A stretch of DNA of 64,000 nt from IMG/VR virus record IMGVR_UViG_3300032268_000599, positions 6,363 through 70,362 of that record. The stretch is one strand, 5' to 3'. This document shows, piece after piece, positions 1 to 11,600 of this stretch. The translations under genes were made by a program, and so were the position numbers. The stretch's first letter is position 1, and each line of letters starts with the position of its first letter. The notes beneath the pieces were generated by a model. The model worked only from the letters and a program-made list of their open reading frames with translations. It made no database searches and was not told the origin of the DNA. Source of the stretch: a virus.

Positions 1-2
1 CG

Positions 3-377
3 GAACGCTGGGAAAAAGAGCGAGATAAACTTCTTTCCTCGTTGAAGGAAAAAGACGAAACACTTACCAAGCTCGAAAGGGCAAACCTGATCGCTGACCT
101 TGCCAGCGAACGCGGGTTGCCGAAGAGCTTCTGGAAGCGAGTCCAGGGCGATGGCGCAGATGAAATCGCTGAAGATATGGACTCCATCATCAAAGACCTG
201 GGCCTGAAAGCCGACAGGGAAGCAAGCAAGGAAAAAACGCCTAGTGCCCCCAAGAAGGGCGCGTTTTATGGCGGCGGTGGCGAGACTGAGGACCCTGATC
301 CCGACACTGATTCGATTGTCTCAAAAATCCCGCGTGGGCCACAAATTCGTGTGGATAAACCCCGCGCTTACAAGTAA
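3..377 (+). CDS. capsid scaffolding protein (5' truncated by window)
   Basis: Frame open from base 3; charged helical protein directly upstream of the major capsid gene. Confidence 0.75.
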   Translation, partial: ERWEKERDKLLSSLKEKDETLTKLERANLIADLASERGLPKSFWKRVQGDGADEIAEDMDSIIKDLGLKADREASKEKTPSAPKKGAFYGGGGETEDPDPDTDSIVSKIPRGPQIRVDKPRAYK

Positions 378-393
378 GGATTAACCAACAACC

Positions 394-1548
394 ATGGCAA
401 ATAGCTTTCTTAAGCCTACAGTTGTGGTGGACACCGCGATCAAGCTGCTTCAGCGCGAAATCGTTCTCCCCCAGCTGGTTTGGCTGAATGGCCTTGGGGA
501 TTTCAGCGGAAAATATCAAGACACCATCACGATCCGCGTCCCCGCCCGTACCGTCGCTCACCGCCGCACCTTCCGCGGTACCGGAGCGGCCCGTAACCTC
601 GTCACCGAGGATCTGACCGAGAACGCAATCGCGGTCACCCTCGATCACGACGTGTACCACGCCGTCTCCCTCACTGATGAGGAGTTGACGCTCGATATCA
701 CCGATTTCGCCGGTCAGGTTTTGAACCGTCAGGTTCGCGCCGTGGCTGAGGATCTGGAAAACGGTCTGGTCGAGACGATTGCCGGTGCGAACTACGCCCA
801 GAACAATCACATCGTCAACACGACCGAAGGCAACCTGTGGCCTGCAATCGTTGAGGCCCGTCGCAAGCTGAACGACGCATACGTTGACCGCGCTGGCCGC
901 GTCCTCGTTGTCGGCTCCGCTGTCGAGGCTGCGTTCCTCAAGGACCCGCAGTTCATCCGTTACGATGCCGCTGGCGATTCGCCCAACTCTGCCCTGCGTG
1001 ATGCCACCATTGGTCAGGTCGCTGGGCTGAATGTCATTGTCTCCGATGCACTTCCGCATCAGGATGCGTTCCTCTTCCATCCAACCGCGTTCATCATGGC
1101 GACCCGGCCCCCGGCCCCGCCGCGTGGCGCTAGCTTCACCTCCGCTGCCACCGCAGCTGGTTTGGCTATCCGCTGGCTGATGGACTACGACTACTCCTCG
1201 ACCACCGACCGCAGCCTGGTGGATACCCTTGTGGGTTACCAGTCTGTTGTCGATCCGGTTGATGGTTTCGTGCGTGCCGTCAAGTTGCACCTGAACGCGA
1301 CCGGTGTCGTCGTCAGTGGCCGTGCCGACGTTACCGCTGCTGCCGGTGCAAACAAGACCTCGCAGCTTGCGGCCACCACCAACTACAACGAGAACGTCTC
1401 GGCCACCGCTACTTGGGCCTCTTCGGTCCCGGCCAAGGCCACCGTTTCTTCGACTGGTCTGGTGACCGGTGTTGCCGCTGGCACCACCAACATCACCGCC
1501 ACCATCGACGGTGTTACCTCGGCCAACTTCGTGGTAACCGTTACCTAA
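394..1548 (+). CDS. major capsid protein with in-frame C-terminal Ig-like (Big_2-type) domain
   Basis: MANSFLKPTVVV N-terminus and DTITIRVP motif typical of P22-coat-like actinophage capsids; C-terminal ATWASSVPAKATVSSTGLVTGVAAGTTNITAT is a Big_2 pattern; AAGGA RBS. Confidence 0.9.
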   Translation: MANSFLKPTVVVDTAIKLLQREIVLPQLVWLNGLGDFSGKYQDTITIRVPARTVAHRRTFRGTGAARNLVTEDLTENAIAVTLDHDVYHAVSLTDEELTLDITDFAGQVLNRQVRAVAEDLENGLVETIAGANYAQNNHIVNTTEGNLWPAIVEARRKLNDAYVDRAGRVLVVGSAVEAAFLKDPQFIRYDAAGDSPNSALRDATIGQVAGLNVIVSDALPHQDAFLFHPTAFIMATRPPAPPRGASFTSAATAAGLAIRWLMDYDYSSTTDRSLVDTLVGYQSVVDPVDGFVRAVKLHLNATGVVVSGRADVTAAAGANKTSQLAATTNYNENVSATATWASSVPAKATVSSTGLVTGVAAGTTNITATIDGVTSANFVVTVT

Positions 1549-1552
1549 GAAG

Positions 1553-2029
1553 ATGGCTTTTGCTGATCCGTTAGCAACCGTGGAGGAACTCTCCACGTTT
1601 ACGCGAACCACCTTTACCGCTGGTGCTGAGTACGATCAGGCAGAACTGATTCTGCAAGTAATTAGCGCCTGGGTTCGCACCCTGGGTCAGAAGAACTGGA
1701 ATAACACGGATCTACTTCCGCCAGGTGATGTGGTTGGGGTTGTGCTTTCAGCATCCCGTAGGGAACTCGCCAACCCCGACCGCATCATCTCGGAATCCAT
1801 GGGTCCGGTTTCAGTTACCAGACTGACGGTGCCGGATGGCTTCTTCACGCTTGGTGAAATGGCCATCATCCGGAAGAAATCTTCCGGTTCGATGTATACG
1901 ATTCCGTTCCGCCGCGAGGATGATCGCTGGGCCATGGGTTATATCCATATGACCGCTGACCTAACCGATGAGCCGTTCCCCTATCTGGATCAGTGGGATC
2001 CCGGCTATTACAACACCATCCGTCCATGA
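1553..2029 (+). CDS. head-to-tail adaptor
   Basis: LATVEEL...RRELANPD...ESMGPVS pattern; follows capsid gene. Confidence 0.8.
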   Translation: MAFADPLATVEELSTFTRTTFTAGAEYDQAELILQVISAWVRTLGQKNWNNTDLLPPGDVVGVVLSASRRELANPDRIISESMGPVSVTRLTVPDGFFTLGEMAIIRKKSSGSMYTIPFRREDDRWAMGYIHMTADLTDEPFPYLDQWDPGYYNTIRP

Positions 2030-2358
2030 GGTTGCGCGGGGGATACACCATTGAGGTGTACCGAACAAGCACTCGTGACCGGTATGGAGATAGTGAACTT
2101 CAGTCCGTTGGAACAATAGAAAATGTTCTGGTGCAGTGGGCTACCGCAAGATCCATGAATTCTGCCGAAGAAGTTGAGTTCATGTCCACTGTTGTTTATT
2201 GCCCTCGTGATGCCGCGATCCGGCTTCAGGAAAAAGATCGGTTCCAACTGATGGGCGAGTGGTGGGCGGTTATTGGTGACCGGATCTGGGATGAGAACCA
2301 TCCCGTTACTGGTCACAATTTTGGGTATTACGTTATGCAAGCGGAGATGATGGCGTAA
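2026..2358 (+). CDS. head-to-tail stopper
   Basis: ATGA overlap with adaptor; RDRYGD and DRFQLMGEWWAVIGD motifs; synteny. Confidence 0.8.
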   Translation: MRLRGGYTIEVYRTSTRDRYGDSELQSVGTIENVLVQWATARSMNSAEEVEFMSTVVYCPRDAAIRLQEKDRFQLMGEWWAVIGDRIWDENHPVTGHNFGYYVMQAEMMA

Positions 2359-3330
2359 ATGGCTCGGGAAACCAGGCTTTTTCGGGTTGGCGATTGGGCT
2401 TTAGATGTACCAGTTCCAAATCCCGGCCTTCAAAAATGGCTAAACGGCCCCGAGTGTGAAGCTGCGCTCAAGGATGTAGTTGAAGAAATTTATCGCTATT
2501 ACATCAATTATCTTCCAGTTAAAACCGGCAGGCTTCGCGGCAAGGCATCTACGGTCGTTAAACGGGTGGGTGTGCCGGGGCAAACCCGGAGGTATCACGG
2601 TTGGGTAACCAACAGCGCGTTGAGCTACCGAAAGACCAAGGGTAAGCCGTACCCAAGATTTATCGAGTACGGCAAGGCCAACGTAGATGCCGAGGGAAAC
2701 CGCACCGGCACAAGGACAGCAGCGGGGATGCAGCTTCGGAATGCCGCGTGGCAGGTTGCAAACAAGCGATTCGGTGCCCAAGCCGCCGCCGCGGTTTTGG
2801 GCGGAATGTCCGGTGCCGGTACCGATCTTGGACAGGCCCGACCTGCCCCCAAGAGGGTTCCGAGCGGCGCGGTGCCGACCTCGGTGGAGAGGTTGGCAGA
2901 GTTGGCCAAGGGTACGCCCAGGAAGAAGCAGCTTTCTCCGCAGGAGAAAGAGGCTCGCCGCGTGGCAATGATTAATGCACAGAGGGCGCGCCGCGCAGGA
3001 GAAGCGGAAAATAAAGAAGCACGCCGCGTGGCGCGTTTGGGCAAAAGTCCCCAGCCCCCTCAGCCGCGCATTCCGCAACCCCCGCAGCGCCCGACAGCGC
3101 CACCACGCGCACAGCCCCCTCAGCCGCCGCAGCCGCCGCGACCGGCTCAGCCACCGCAGCCGCCGCGACCCAGGCCCAACCCGCCTGCCCCAGCCGCGCC
3201 AAGTTTGCCACCTGGCTACAGAAGCAACCCCAAGGGGAAGGGGAGCCAGGTCATCAACTCAAAGGGCCAATTCACTAGGGTTGGCCCCCCAAAGCCGCCT
3301 TCGGCACGGAAGCCGCGGCGTAGAAAGTGA
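2359..3330 (+). CDS. neck protein (HK97 gp10-like N-terminus) with long basic, Pro-rich extension
   Basis: PVKTGRLR and YPRFIEYG motifs; lies between stopper and terminator; PQPP repeats at about 3048-3200. Confidence 0.65.
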   Translation: MARETRLFRVGDWALDVPVPNPGLQKWLNGPECEAALKDVVEEIYRYYINYLPVKTGRLRGKASTVVKRVGVPGQTRRYHGWVTNSALSYRKTKGKPYPRFIEYGKANVDAEGNRTGTRTAAGMQLRNAAWQVANKRFGAQAAAAVLGGMSGAGTDLGQARPAPKRVPSGAVPTSVERLAELAKGTPRKKQLSPQEKEARRVAMINAQRARRAGEAENKEARRVARLGKSPQPPQPRIPQPPQRPTAPPRAQPPQPPQPPRPAQPPQPPRPRPNPPAPAAPSLPPGYRSNPKGKGSQVINSKGQFTRVGPPKPPSARKPRRRK

Positions 3331-3338
3331 GGGAATAA

Positions 3339-3827
3339 ATGGCCCTCTCCCTTCCACCCTGGTACAAGGGTGGATTCATTGATGTTGAAGATTTACTCTG
3401 CGACCTATTCATTTGGTTGCTCGGTGAAGAAATTCCTGTAGTAACATGGTTAGTAGAGGACTACTATGTAAATCCGCGCCCAGTAATCAGGGTCCATAGG
3501 GCAGCGGGTAAAGCAGTAGATGGAATGCCATTCGACCACGCCGTCGTACAAATTGGGGTGTTGAGCCAGAGTCGCCAAGACTCGTGGCAGCTTGCCGAAT
3601 TTGTGCGTCAAGTAATGGCAGCATGTTCAGGCGGTTTTAAGGTTCCGCGCCAAGACGGGACCGTTACACAGATCAATTCTGTGGAGGAATGGGCAGGCCC
3701 CGTTCAGGCACTAGATGAATATGTCGATGACAAATTCATCTCCATAAATTACCGAATTCTGGTTCGGAACCCCCGGAGTGTTTCTCCGGATTACTACCGC
3801 CAGATAATGAATACTCTCCCATCTTAA
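3339..3827 (+). CDS. tail terminator
   Basis: PWYKGGFIDVEDLL, VIRVHRAAG, AVVQIGV motifs; precedes major tail gene. Confidence 0.8.
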   Translation: MALSLPPWYKGGFIDVEDLLCDLFIWLLGEEIPVVTWLVEDYYVNPRPVIRVHRAAGKAVDGMPFDHAVVQIGVLSQSRQDSWQLAEFVRQVMAACSGGFKVPRQDGTVTQINSVEEWAGPVQALDEYVDDKFISINYRILVRNPRSVSPDYYRQIMNTLPS

Positions 3828-3834
3828 GGAAGAA

Positions 3835-4842
3835 ATGGCTACCGATTTTGAATCCATCCGCTCGGCCAAGCAGGAGTTGGTTCTTGCCAACCTGCACCTG
3901 GCCGTGCTTTTCGCTCCCATCACCAGCCCGGTTGTGACCAACCTGGAAGATGCCGCTACCGGCGATATCATTTCGCTGTCCAACTACAGCAGCGCCGGGA
4001 TCATCGAGAAGGGTGCCGGTGTCGATCTCGGCAACGACAACACCACGACCGATATCGAGGCGTATGGCGATGCCGACCCGGTTCGTTCGATCATCTCCAA
4101 GCGCACGGTCACCTTCAAGGCTGACTTCTTGGAGACTAACCTCCAAACCCTGCAACAGTTCTGGGGAACTTCGCTTTCGACCATCGTTCCCAGCGCCCAG
4201 GGTGGCATCGTCATCCAGGCACCGTCCCTGCCGAAGAACATCTACTACCGCGCAATTCTGCTCGGCCAGGACGATGTTGACGGCGAGGATCTGTTCATGT
4301 ACTGGATCATGCCCAAGGTCAAGCTCGACACGGTTGATAACCAGTCGATCAAGGACGACGGCGCTATGTCCTACATGATGACCTTCAAGGCGTTCAAGGA
4401 CAGCGCCGCGGGATTCTCTGTGGCGCAGGGCTTCTGCGGCCCCGGCTGGAACCACCTCGCCTCGCGCGCCGGTTTCGGAACGGCTGTTACCGCCCTGACC
4501 GCGACCATCAGCACCACGCAGGGTGGCCCGACGTTCGCGGCCAACCTGACCGGTACTGCCGCCGCGCTTGCCGGTACTTTCCGCAACATGAAGGTTGTTG
4601 GCCAGAACGGTATCAACTACACGGTCAACTGCTCGTATGGTTCGTCCAACACCGGCAAGGCCATTGTGGACACCAACGGCAAGATCACCATTCCGGTTGG
4701 CGCAAACGCCACTTCGTCTGGCCCCACCAGCGGTGGTGTGGCTTCGACTGCGGCAGCGTCCCCAGCCAACATCGTGGCTACCTACACGCCTGCTGGCTCG
4801 ACCACCCCGTTGACTGTCACCCAGACGGTCCAACTCACCTAA
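3835..4842 (+). CDS. major tail protein with Ig-like C-terminal extension
   Basis: TTDIEAYGDADPVRS and FLETN motifs of actinophage tail tube proteins; YGSSNTGKAIVDTNGKIT Ig-like tail; followed by hairpin. Confidence 0.88.
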   Translation: MATDFESIRSAKQELVLANLHLAVLFAPITSPVVTNLEDAATGDIISLSNYSSAGIIEKGAGVDLGNDNTTTDIEAYGDADPVRSIISKRTVTFKADFLETNLQTLQQFWGTSLSTIVPSAQGGIVIQAPSLPKNIYYRAILLGQDDVDGEDLFMYWIMPKVKLDTVDNQSIKDDGAMSYMMTFKAFKDSAAGFSVAQGFCGPGWNHLASRAGFGTAVTALTATISTTQGGPTFAANLTGTAAALAGTFRNMKVVGQNGINYTVNCSYGSSNTGKAIVDTNGKITIPVGANATSSGPTSGGVASTAAASPANIVATYTPAGSTTPLTVTQTVQLT

Positions 4843-4854
4843 ATCACCACAACC

Positions 4855-4893
4855 GGGTGGGGGTGGCCTTTAACCGGGTCACCCCCACCCACC
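4855..4893 (+). terminator. GC-rich hairpin after major tail gene
   Basis: gggtgggggtggcc...ggtcacccccaccc inverted repeat. Confidence 0.55.
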
Positions 4894-4927
4894 CAAAAAA
4901 TAAATCCAATTGGAGAGGATTACTAAT

Positions 4928-5218
4928 ATGGCACCGCGTAAAACAGATGAGGGCGAAACCCTTTTCGAGAAGTTGCGTAAAGAGGTCATTGTGCCTGACC
5001 CGCTGCGGGTAACGGAAGAAATCGTTCTGTACTGCCCCACAAAAACGCAGCTTGAGAAGTCCCAGAGTGCAGACACAGAGGTTGAGGCCAACAAGCTGCT
5101 ACTGGGCGAAGAAAACTACGAGAAGCTTGATGAGCTTTTTGGTCCCGAATCCCCGCAAATGTGGGTCGAATTCAATAAGGCATACATCTCACATTTTTTC
5201 CCTACCCCGAACGGGTAG
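4928..5218 (+). CDS. tail assembly chaperone (G)
   Basis: Between major tail and tape measure genes; GGAGAGG RBS; slippery T TTT TTC at 5194-5200. Confidence 0.85.
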   Translation: MAPRKTDEGETLFEKLRKEVIVPDPLRVTEEIVLYCPTKTQLEKSQSADTEVEANKLLLGEENYEKLDELFGPESPQMWVEFNKAYISHFFPTPNG

Positions 5219-5634
5219 TCGAGATTGTCAATCGCTTCTGGGAAGCGATTGAGTGGGATTTCCAGCACCTTCTCGGTGTTGACGCTTATGACTATTTCAG
5301 GGAATTGCGTCCTTGGAGCCAGTTTCTGCGATTCTTTGACCGCCTCTTAAAGGTGGAGGGATCGGCTGTGCTTGACGCATACCTCAATGACCCAGATGTT
5401 GTTGATGAAATGGCCAAAAATCTTGAGTTAAATCCCAAGCGAAAGAAACCGTCGCTATTTGGCTGGACGGCGGAACTTTCCGCACTTAGAGACATTCAAG
5501 ATCAACTCATCGCCTCTCGGGGGGGCACCAAGTTCGTGCCCCGACCAGACGTTCCTGGGCATAAAGAAGGTTGGGTTCGCAAGGACACCAAGCTGAATAA
5601 AACCATCGACAGGATTATTGGACCCAAAGAATGA
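4928..5634 (+). CDS. tail assembly chaperone G-T fusion via programmed -1 frameshift at 5194-5200
   Basis: -1 frame reads FPYPERVVEIVNRFWEAIEWDFQHLLGVDAYDYFRELRPW..., continuous with the 5305-5634 ORF. Confidence 0.85.
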
Positions 5635-8600
5635 TTGAAGCTGGCGTACTCGGTCTTAGACTTTCACCAATCGCTACCGGCTTTTGGAGACGAGCCGACG
5701 TTGAACTTAAGGCGCAAAAGGCAAGCAAAGCCGAGGTCAAGGTTGAAGCCGATATCAAGAAGGCTTCAGCCCAAATTGCCGGGTTCCGTATGCGGGAACA
5801 GGCCAATGCGATCAACCTGAGAGTCAAGGTTGACGAGAAATCCATTCGCACCGCGAATGACAAAATTCGATATATTGAGCACACCTGGAAGCAGTCCGAT
5901 ATCAAACGGGCGGTCCGGGTTCAGGTTTTTGTTGCGGGTGCGGCTGCTCTTCCGGCCTTGACGCAGGGGATCGTGTCGGTCACGGCGGCGATGACCGAAC
6001 TGAGCCGGGTCAGCTTGGCCCTTCCGGGCCTTCTTGCCGGTGTGGGCGCGGCGGCGGCGAGCCTCTTTACCGGCCTCAACGGTGTCGGTGCGGCATTCAA
6101 GGCATCGAACGACGGTATGCAGAAATCGGCGCAGTACGCCCGTCAGTATGCGACGGCGAGCAGGGAACTTGAAAATGCCCAGCGCGATGTTGTCAAAGCC
6201 CTCAAGGATGCCAACCGGGAGATTGAGGACCAAAAGACCAAGCTGGCGCGGGGGCAGCTGAGTGTTGAGCAGGCCGCTCTGAATGTTCGCCGCGCAAACG
6301 ACGCGGTTTTCAAGGGCGGCTTCCAGAGCATCACCGAATACCAGCAGGCCCTACTCGATGTTAAGTCGGCCAACCTTGACCTCAGTGAAGCGGTAAAGCA
6401 GAACTCCCGCAACATCCACGACTATTACGAGAGCGCCGGTCGGGGCGCTGCCCAATCCGACAATTACAAGGATTCGTTAGATAGGCTATCCAATTCCCTG
6501 GATAGCTTCCGCAAGGCCCAATTCCAGGCCGCGGGGATGAGCGAGCAGTTCATCAGTGCCATGGAGAACCTGGCCCCTGCCGGTCAGGATTTTGTTCTCC
6601 AAGTCCTAAAGATGAAGGGGGCTTGGCAGGGACTCCAAAACTCCATCCAGACCACCCTGTTCAAGGGGCTGGGCGATGAGATCACTAATCTTGCCAACCG
6701 CCAGCTTCCGGTGCTCAAGACCGGTATGCAACAGGTCGCTGCTGCGATCAATAATGACATTAAGGCGCTATCGCGGACACTGAGCCGCGATTCCAGCGCC
6801 AAGAGCATTGCCAACATATTCCAGAACACCGGTCAGGCAATCACCGCCGCCACCCCTGGGCTGGACTCCTTCACCAGTGGCCTACTGAAACTTTCGGAGG
6901 TGGGAACGCGATTCCTACCCAGGGTGGCGCTCGCCTTCAACAAGGTAATGGGGCGCTTTGAGGCTTTCATCAACAAGGCCGACCGGGACGGCTCACTTAA
7001 CAAATGGATTGATAGTGGCCTGAAGCTTGTCGCAAGCCTGGGCAGATCGCTGTTGAGTGTCGGATCAATTCTCAATTCCATTACCGAGGCATACAACAAG
7101 GCAACCGGTAACGTCGGCGGCTTCGCGGCCACCATGGAACGCGCCCTCTCCGGGCTAGCAAAGAGCTTGGCATCCCCGGAGGGCCAGGGGCAGCTAATCA
7201 AATGGATACGAAGCTCCCGCGAGTTCATGGAGACGATTTCCGAGGCATTGCCTGGAATCAGAAAAATCTTCGCGGCCATTGGTGAGGGTGCAAGGGGATT
7301 TGCCGCGGTATTCTTCCCAATCTTTTCTAGCATTGGCAATACAATCGGTGGCGCAAATGGACCACTGAAAACATTTGTTTCCGGCATGTTGATTTGGCGG
7401 ACCATTGTTCCGCTCGTTAACGGAATGGGCAAGGCATGGCGCTACCTTAATGCCCAGTTCCAGCAATTCACGGAAAAACGTGCGGCTCTTCTTTCATCAA
7501 GAACTGCCGCATGGAAAGCCGCATTCGACGCGGACGGGATTAAGTTTGCCGCTCAAACTCGCCTAAGGGCGCTCAACGATGAGGTCAAGGAGACTGACCG
7601 ACTCTACGCGCGGATGTTCAATTCCCGCGCCGCCGCCGAACTTGAATACACCAAAGCGCAGAAGCGTCGTCAAGACCTTGAAGGCACGGCTAAATCCTCC
7701 AAGAAGGCTGCCAAAAAGGACGGCCTTGACGAAGCCGAGGCCAAGAGGAGGAGGGGCATATACCTGGCCGACGCTAATGCTTTCAAGCAGGCGAAGGCGG
7801 TAGAGAAGCGCGCCCTTGAGGAATTCAACATCAGGGATGAGCGGCTATACAAAGCCGCCGCTGACCGGAGTGAGCTTCGGCGCAGCCTAGAGGTTGCTCG
7901 ACCAAGGGCCTACAGGGATCTTCGGGAAGCCACCAATCTGGCAACCAAGGCGCAAGAGAATTTCAACAGGGTCAACCGCCTGACCGCCGATGGCATGTCC
8001 GGAAAGTGGGCGCGCTCGGTAGCCCTAATGAAGGGCAAGTATGACGGGCTGAAGTCCGCCTTGGGGTTCATCGGCGGTGTCGGTGCTTCGGCTGGCATAG
8101 CGGTCGGTGTGGCCGTGGCCTTCGATCAGCTAACAGCCGCCCAGGACAGAAACAAGGCATCCGCAGATAATCTCAAGGAATCTCAGGACGCGCTTGCCCA
8201 AACCCTTTCCAAGGGAACCGGATCCGCGACAGCGGCCACGCTGGAAGAGAACGCGCGGCAGCTTAGGGACCGCTCCAACCCGGTTCACCCGGACGATCCG
8301 GGGCAGAACTTTGATGCCGCGAAAATCCTTGAGGGCCAGCTTGGAATGTCCCTTTCCGAAGCTGTAAACCTCACCCTTCCAACCGAAGTCAAGAAGCGGG
8401 AGGCCCGTCTCGCCACCGCCGACGCTCAGGTCATCGCCGCCGTTCCCGGCCTCGATGAGTGGAAGCAGTGGGGCAAGGACTTCGAGAAGAATGGTGTCAA
8501 TTCAAGCGTTTACGGCAAGGCCCTCAACGGCGATCCTGGTTCAATCGGAAAGGTCGAGGCCGCTCGTGAGGCAATCCGATACGCCAATACGCCGGGATTG

Positions 8601-11600
8601 AAACTCGGTGCTGCCGTTGCAATCGGATCAGCACCCAATGACCTCGGGGCCGCTCAGGAGCAGCTAGACAGATCGGGTCCATACGGAGGACTGCGCGGAC
8701 TATCTCTTGCGACCGGCGCGGCCAGAAGCATTGGAAATGAATCCCTTGCCAGGAGCCAGGATGCTCGTGAGTCCGCGAATGTAATTCCGCAGCGAGGATT
8801 GAACAGCCGCGGATCCAGCACGTTTGGCAAGTTCACCCTTGGCCCGAATGGGGCGATCATCAATCCGGACGGTTCCGCCGTCGTTGAGGTCGAAACCTAT
8901 CCCGGTGAGGCGTGGATTCAGGCGCAGGCCGATAAGGGAATTTCTGTTGAGCGCAGATTCCCCAACGGCGCGGTCATCACCATCGGCCCGGAGTTCGGTC
9001 GGCAATATTTCAATAGCTACGCTCGCGGTGGCCCAGTTTGGGGGGCGGGTTCCGCAACGTCGGACAGCATCCCGGCGATGCTCTCTAATGGCGAGTTTGT
9101 TATCAACGCCAAGTCTGCCTCTCTGATCGGGCACGACCGGTTGCAACAAATGAACAGCATGAAGTTCGCCAATGGTGGACTTGTGCGCCGGTACGCTCCT
9201 GGCGGTCCGGTTTTGCCGCTTAACCCGCCACCAGATGATGGCGGTAGCGCCGATGTGGTAGACGCTATTCTTGGCGGTAACAACGGGCCTGCGAGTATTG
9301 ACCCGTTCAATCCAGGCGGGGTTTACGGCAATGTCCCGACCCCGGCAGCGCCAAGCCCACCGATTAGGACCGATCCGGTCAATTCGGCTCCGGTGGTCCG
9401 ACCCTATGTTCCACCAGCCCCGGCGATTTCACAGTTCGGCTCTATCGCCAACGGGATTGATTACATCCCAAGGCTTGGCGGCAGCGGAGCGCTTTCAGAC
9501 TATGGAAGCACCGCCGCTTCAGCCGTAGACAAGGCTCCGATCAATCCGGATGCCAACATTCTCGACTATCTGGTTCAGGTGTCGAACGCTTTCGGGCTGA
9601 AGCCCGGTAGCGGACCAGCTGATACCGATGCTGGAAACAAGATTGCCGATGAACTCGGCATTATGAACCACGGTCCGATCCCTGGAAACGGGATGCGACC
9701 CGCACAGCATGATGTTAACCGCGCCCTTGACATGGGAACCGCCGAGCAGTCCCAGGCGGGTGAGATCACTGAATTTGTCAAGGCGTGGATGAGCGATCCG
9801 GCCAAGGTCGCGGCGACCCGTCAACTCATCTACAGAGATCCAAAAACCGGTGAATCTTTCGGAATACATAAGGGCCGCAGGCTTTTTGGAGATGAGCTTC
9901 AGATCGTCTACGGTGACGATCTCCCCGATCACACTAAGCATGTTCATCTCGCCCTAGAGGGCGTTCCGCTATCCGCATTCAAGACAAATCTTCCCACGGC
10001 AAACATCCCCAAGCTGGGCGACATGCCAAAGGCCCCCCAAGGCCCGGTGGCGATTTCTCCGGGGCCAGCCGCCAGCACACCCAAGAGCGACGTTCAGCTA
10101 TCCACCCCTGGGGCAATAAAGGGGCCGTTTGGGGACATTCCGTTCGACCCCATCAGCATCCTCAAGCAAATCGGTGCCGCCATCCTCAACGGCATCTTCG
10201 CCTTCTTCGGGGTTGACGGCTCCGGATTTGTTAATGCGCTCTTCGGGCTGGGTGGCCAGCAGGGGCTTGGGATTGGCAAACAGGTGGAAGAAATTCCGCA
10301 GGCCGATCCGGACCTCGTTGCCGGTCTTGATGCCCAGATCGCCCAGTACGAGGCCGTGGGCACACCGGCTGCCCTGGCGTTGGCCGAAAAGATCAAGGCC
10401 GGAAGGGACGGCTACCTCAAGCAGTTCGATTCAGTCAACGCTGCCGCGAGCGCGGAGTCCGCGGCGGCTTACTTCGACAGCATCGGACAGCCTGACACCG
10501 CGGCGAAGTTGCGCGCCGGGGTGGAGGCCCTTGGCCCCAATCCGAACGAACCGAACCCGGAAAGGTTCGGCCCGGTAACCACCGTCCCCGGAACCGGGGA
10601 GAAGGGGCCGACAGCCCTGCCCCGCTCCGGTGTGTTTGTGGCACCGGCAGCCAACTACTCTGGCGGCACGCCGGAAACCCACAATGCTATCTATCGGGCG
10701 TTCAAGGAAGCCGGTTATCCGGACTCCGAATGGCCCTCCCTTGTTGAGCTTCTGAATCACGAGAACGACACATACGATCCGCTCAGGCCGACCGGTGGCC
10801 CCAACTCGGATGCTTCCGGCATCTTCCAATTCCTGTCCACGACGTGGGACGAAGTTGGAATGCAGTACAGCACGGATCCGTATGTCCAGAGCGTTGCCGG
10901 TATGCGCTACATCAAGAAGCGTTACGGAACGCCAACTGCCGCATGGAATTTCTGGCAGAACCCCAACCCTCCCGGCCCGGACCCCAACTGGCCGCATTGG
11001 TACTCGACTGGCGGAATGGTTGCGCTAGCCAGGGGCGGAATGGTTTCCGGCCCCGGAACGGGCACCTCCGACAGCATCCCTGCGATGCTTTCCAACGGCG
11101 AGTTCGTCATGCGCGCCGATGCGGTGAAGCACTGGGGTAGCGACAAGCTTCACGCGATGAACCGCTATGCCGATGGCGGCTTGGTCGGGTACGCACCCGG
11201 TGGTCTTGTGATACCAAGCGATCCCGAGCAGCAGAAGTCGATGCTGCGGGATGCTTTCAAACCGAGAAGCGACGACCCGAATATGCAGGGTGGCGGCGGC
11301 TCCTTTGACTCCGCGCCGAAGCTGTCCACCGCCCAGAGTATCGGCCAAAATATTGGAAACTGGGGCAAAGGGTTCGCCCAGGCCGCGGATCAGGCGGTTA
11401 CAGGTCTTGCTCCGCTAGTTGGCGCGGGTAACTTGCTGAACGATGCCGTTCGCCTGGAGTCGCAGTTGCTCGGCAGACCCGATCAAAGCATCAAAGACTA
11501 CAAAGCGCCCGGTGTCGCGGATTCATGGAAGGGCGTGGCTTCCGCTATCGCACCCCTAGTGGGGGCCGGAAATGTCGTTAACAACGCATTGGGGATAAAA

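Noticed and set aside
241-1611. Long antisense ORFs (also 3736-4833, 27545-28708, 60385-61410, 61411-62304)
   Set aside because: Shadows of high-GC3 genes on the opposite strand; no RBS or motifs
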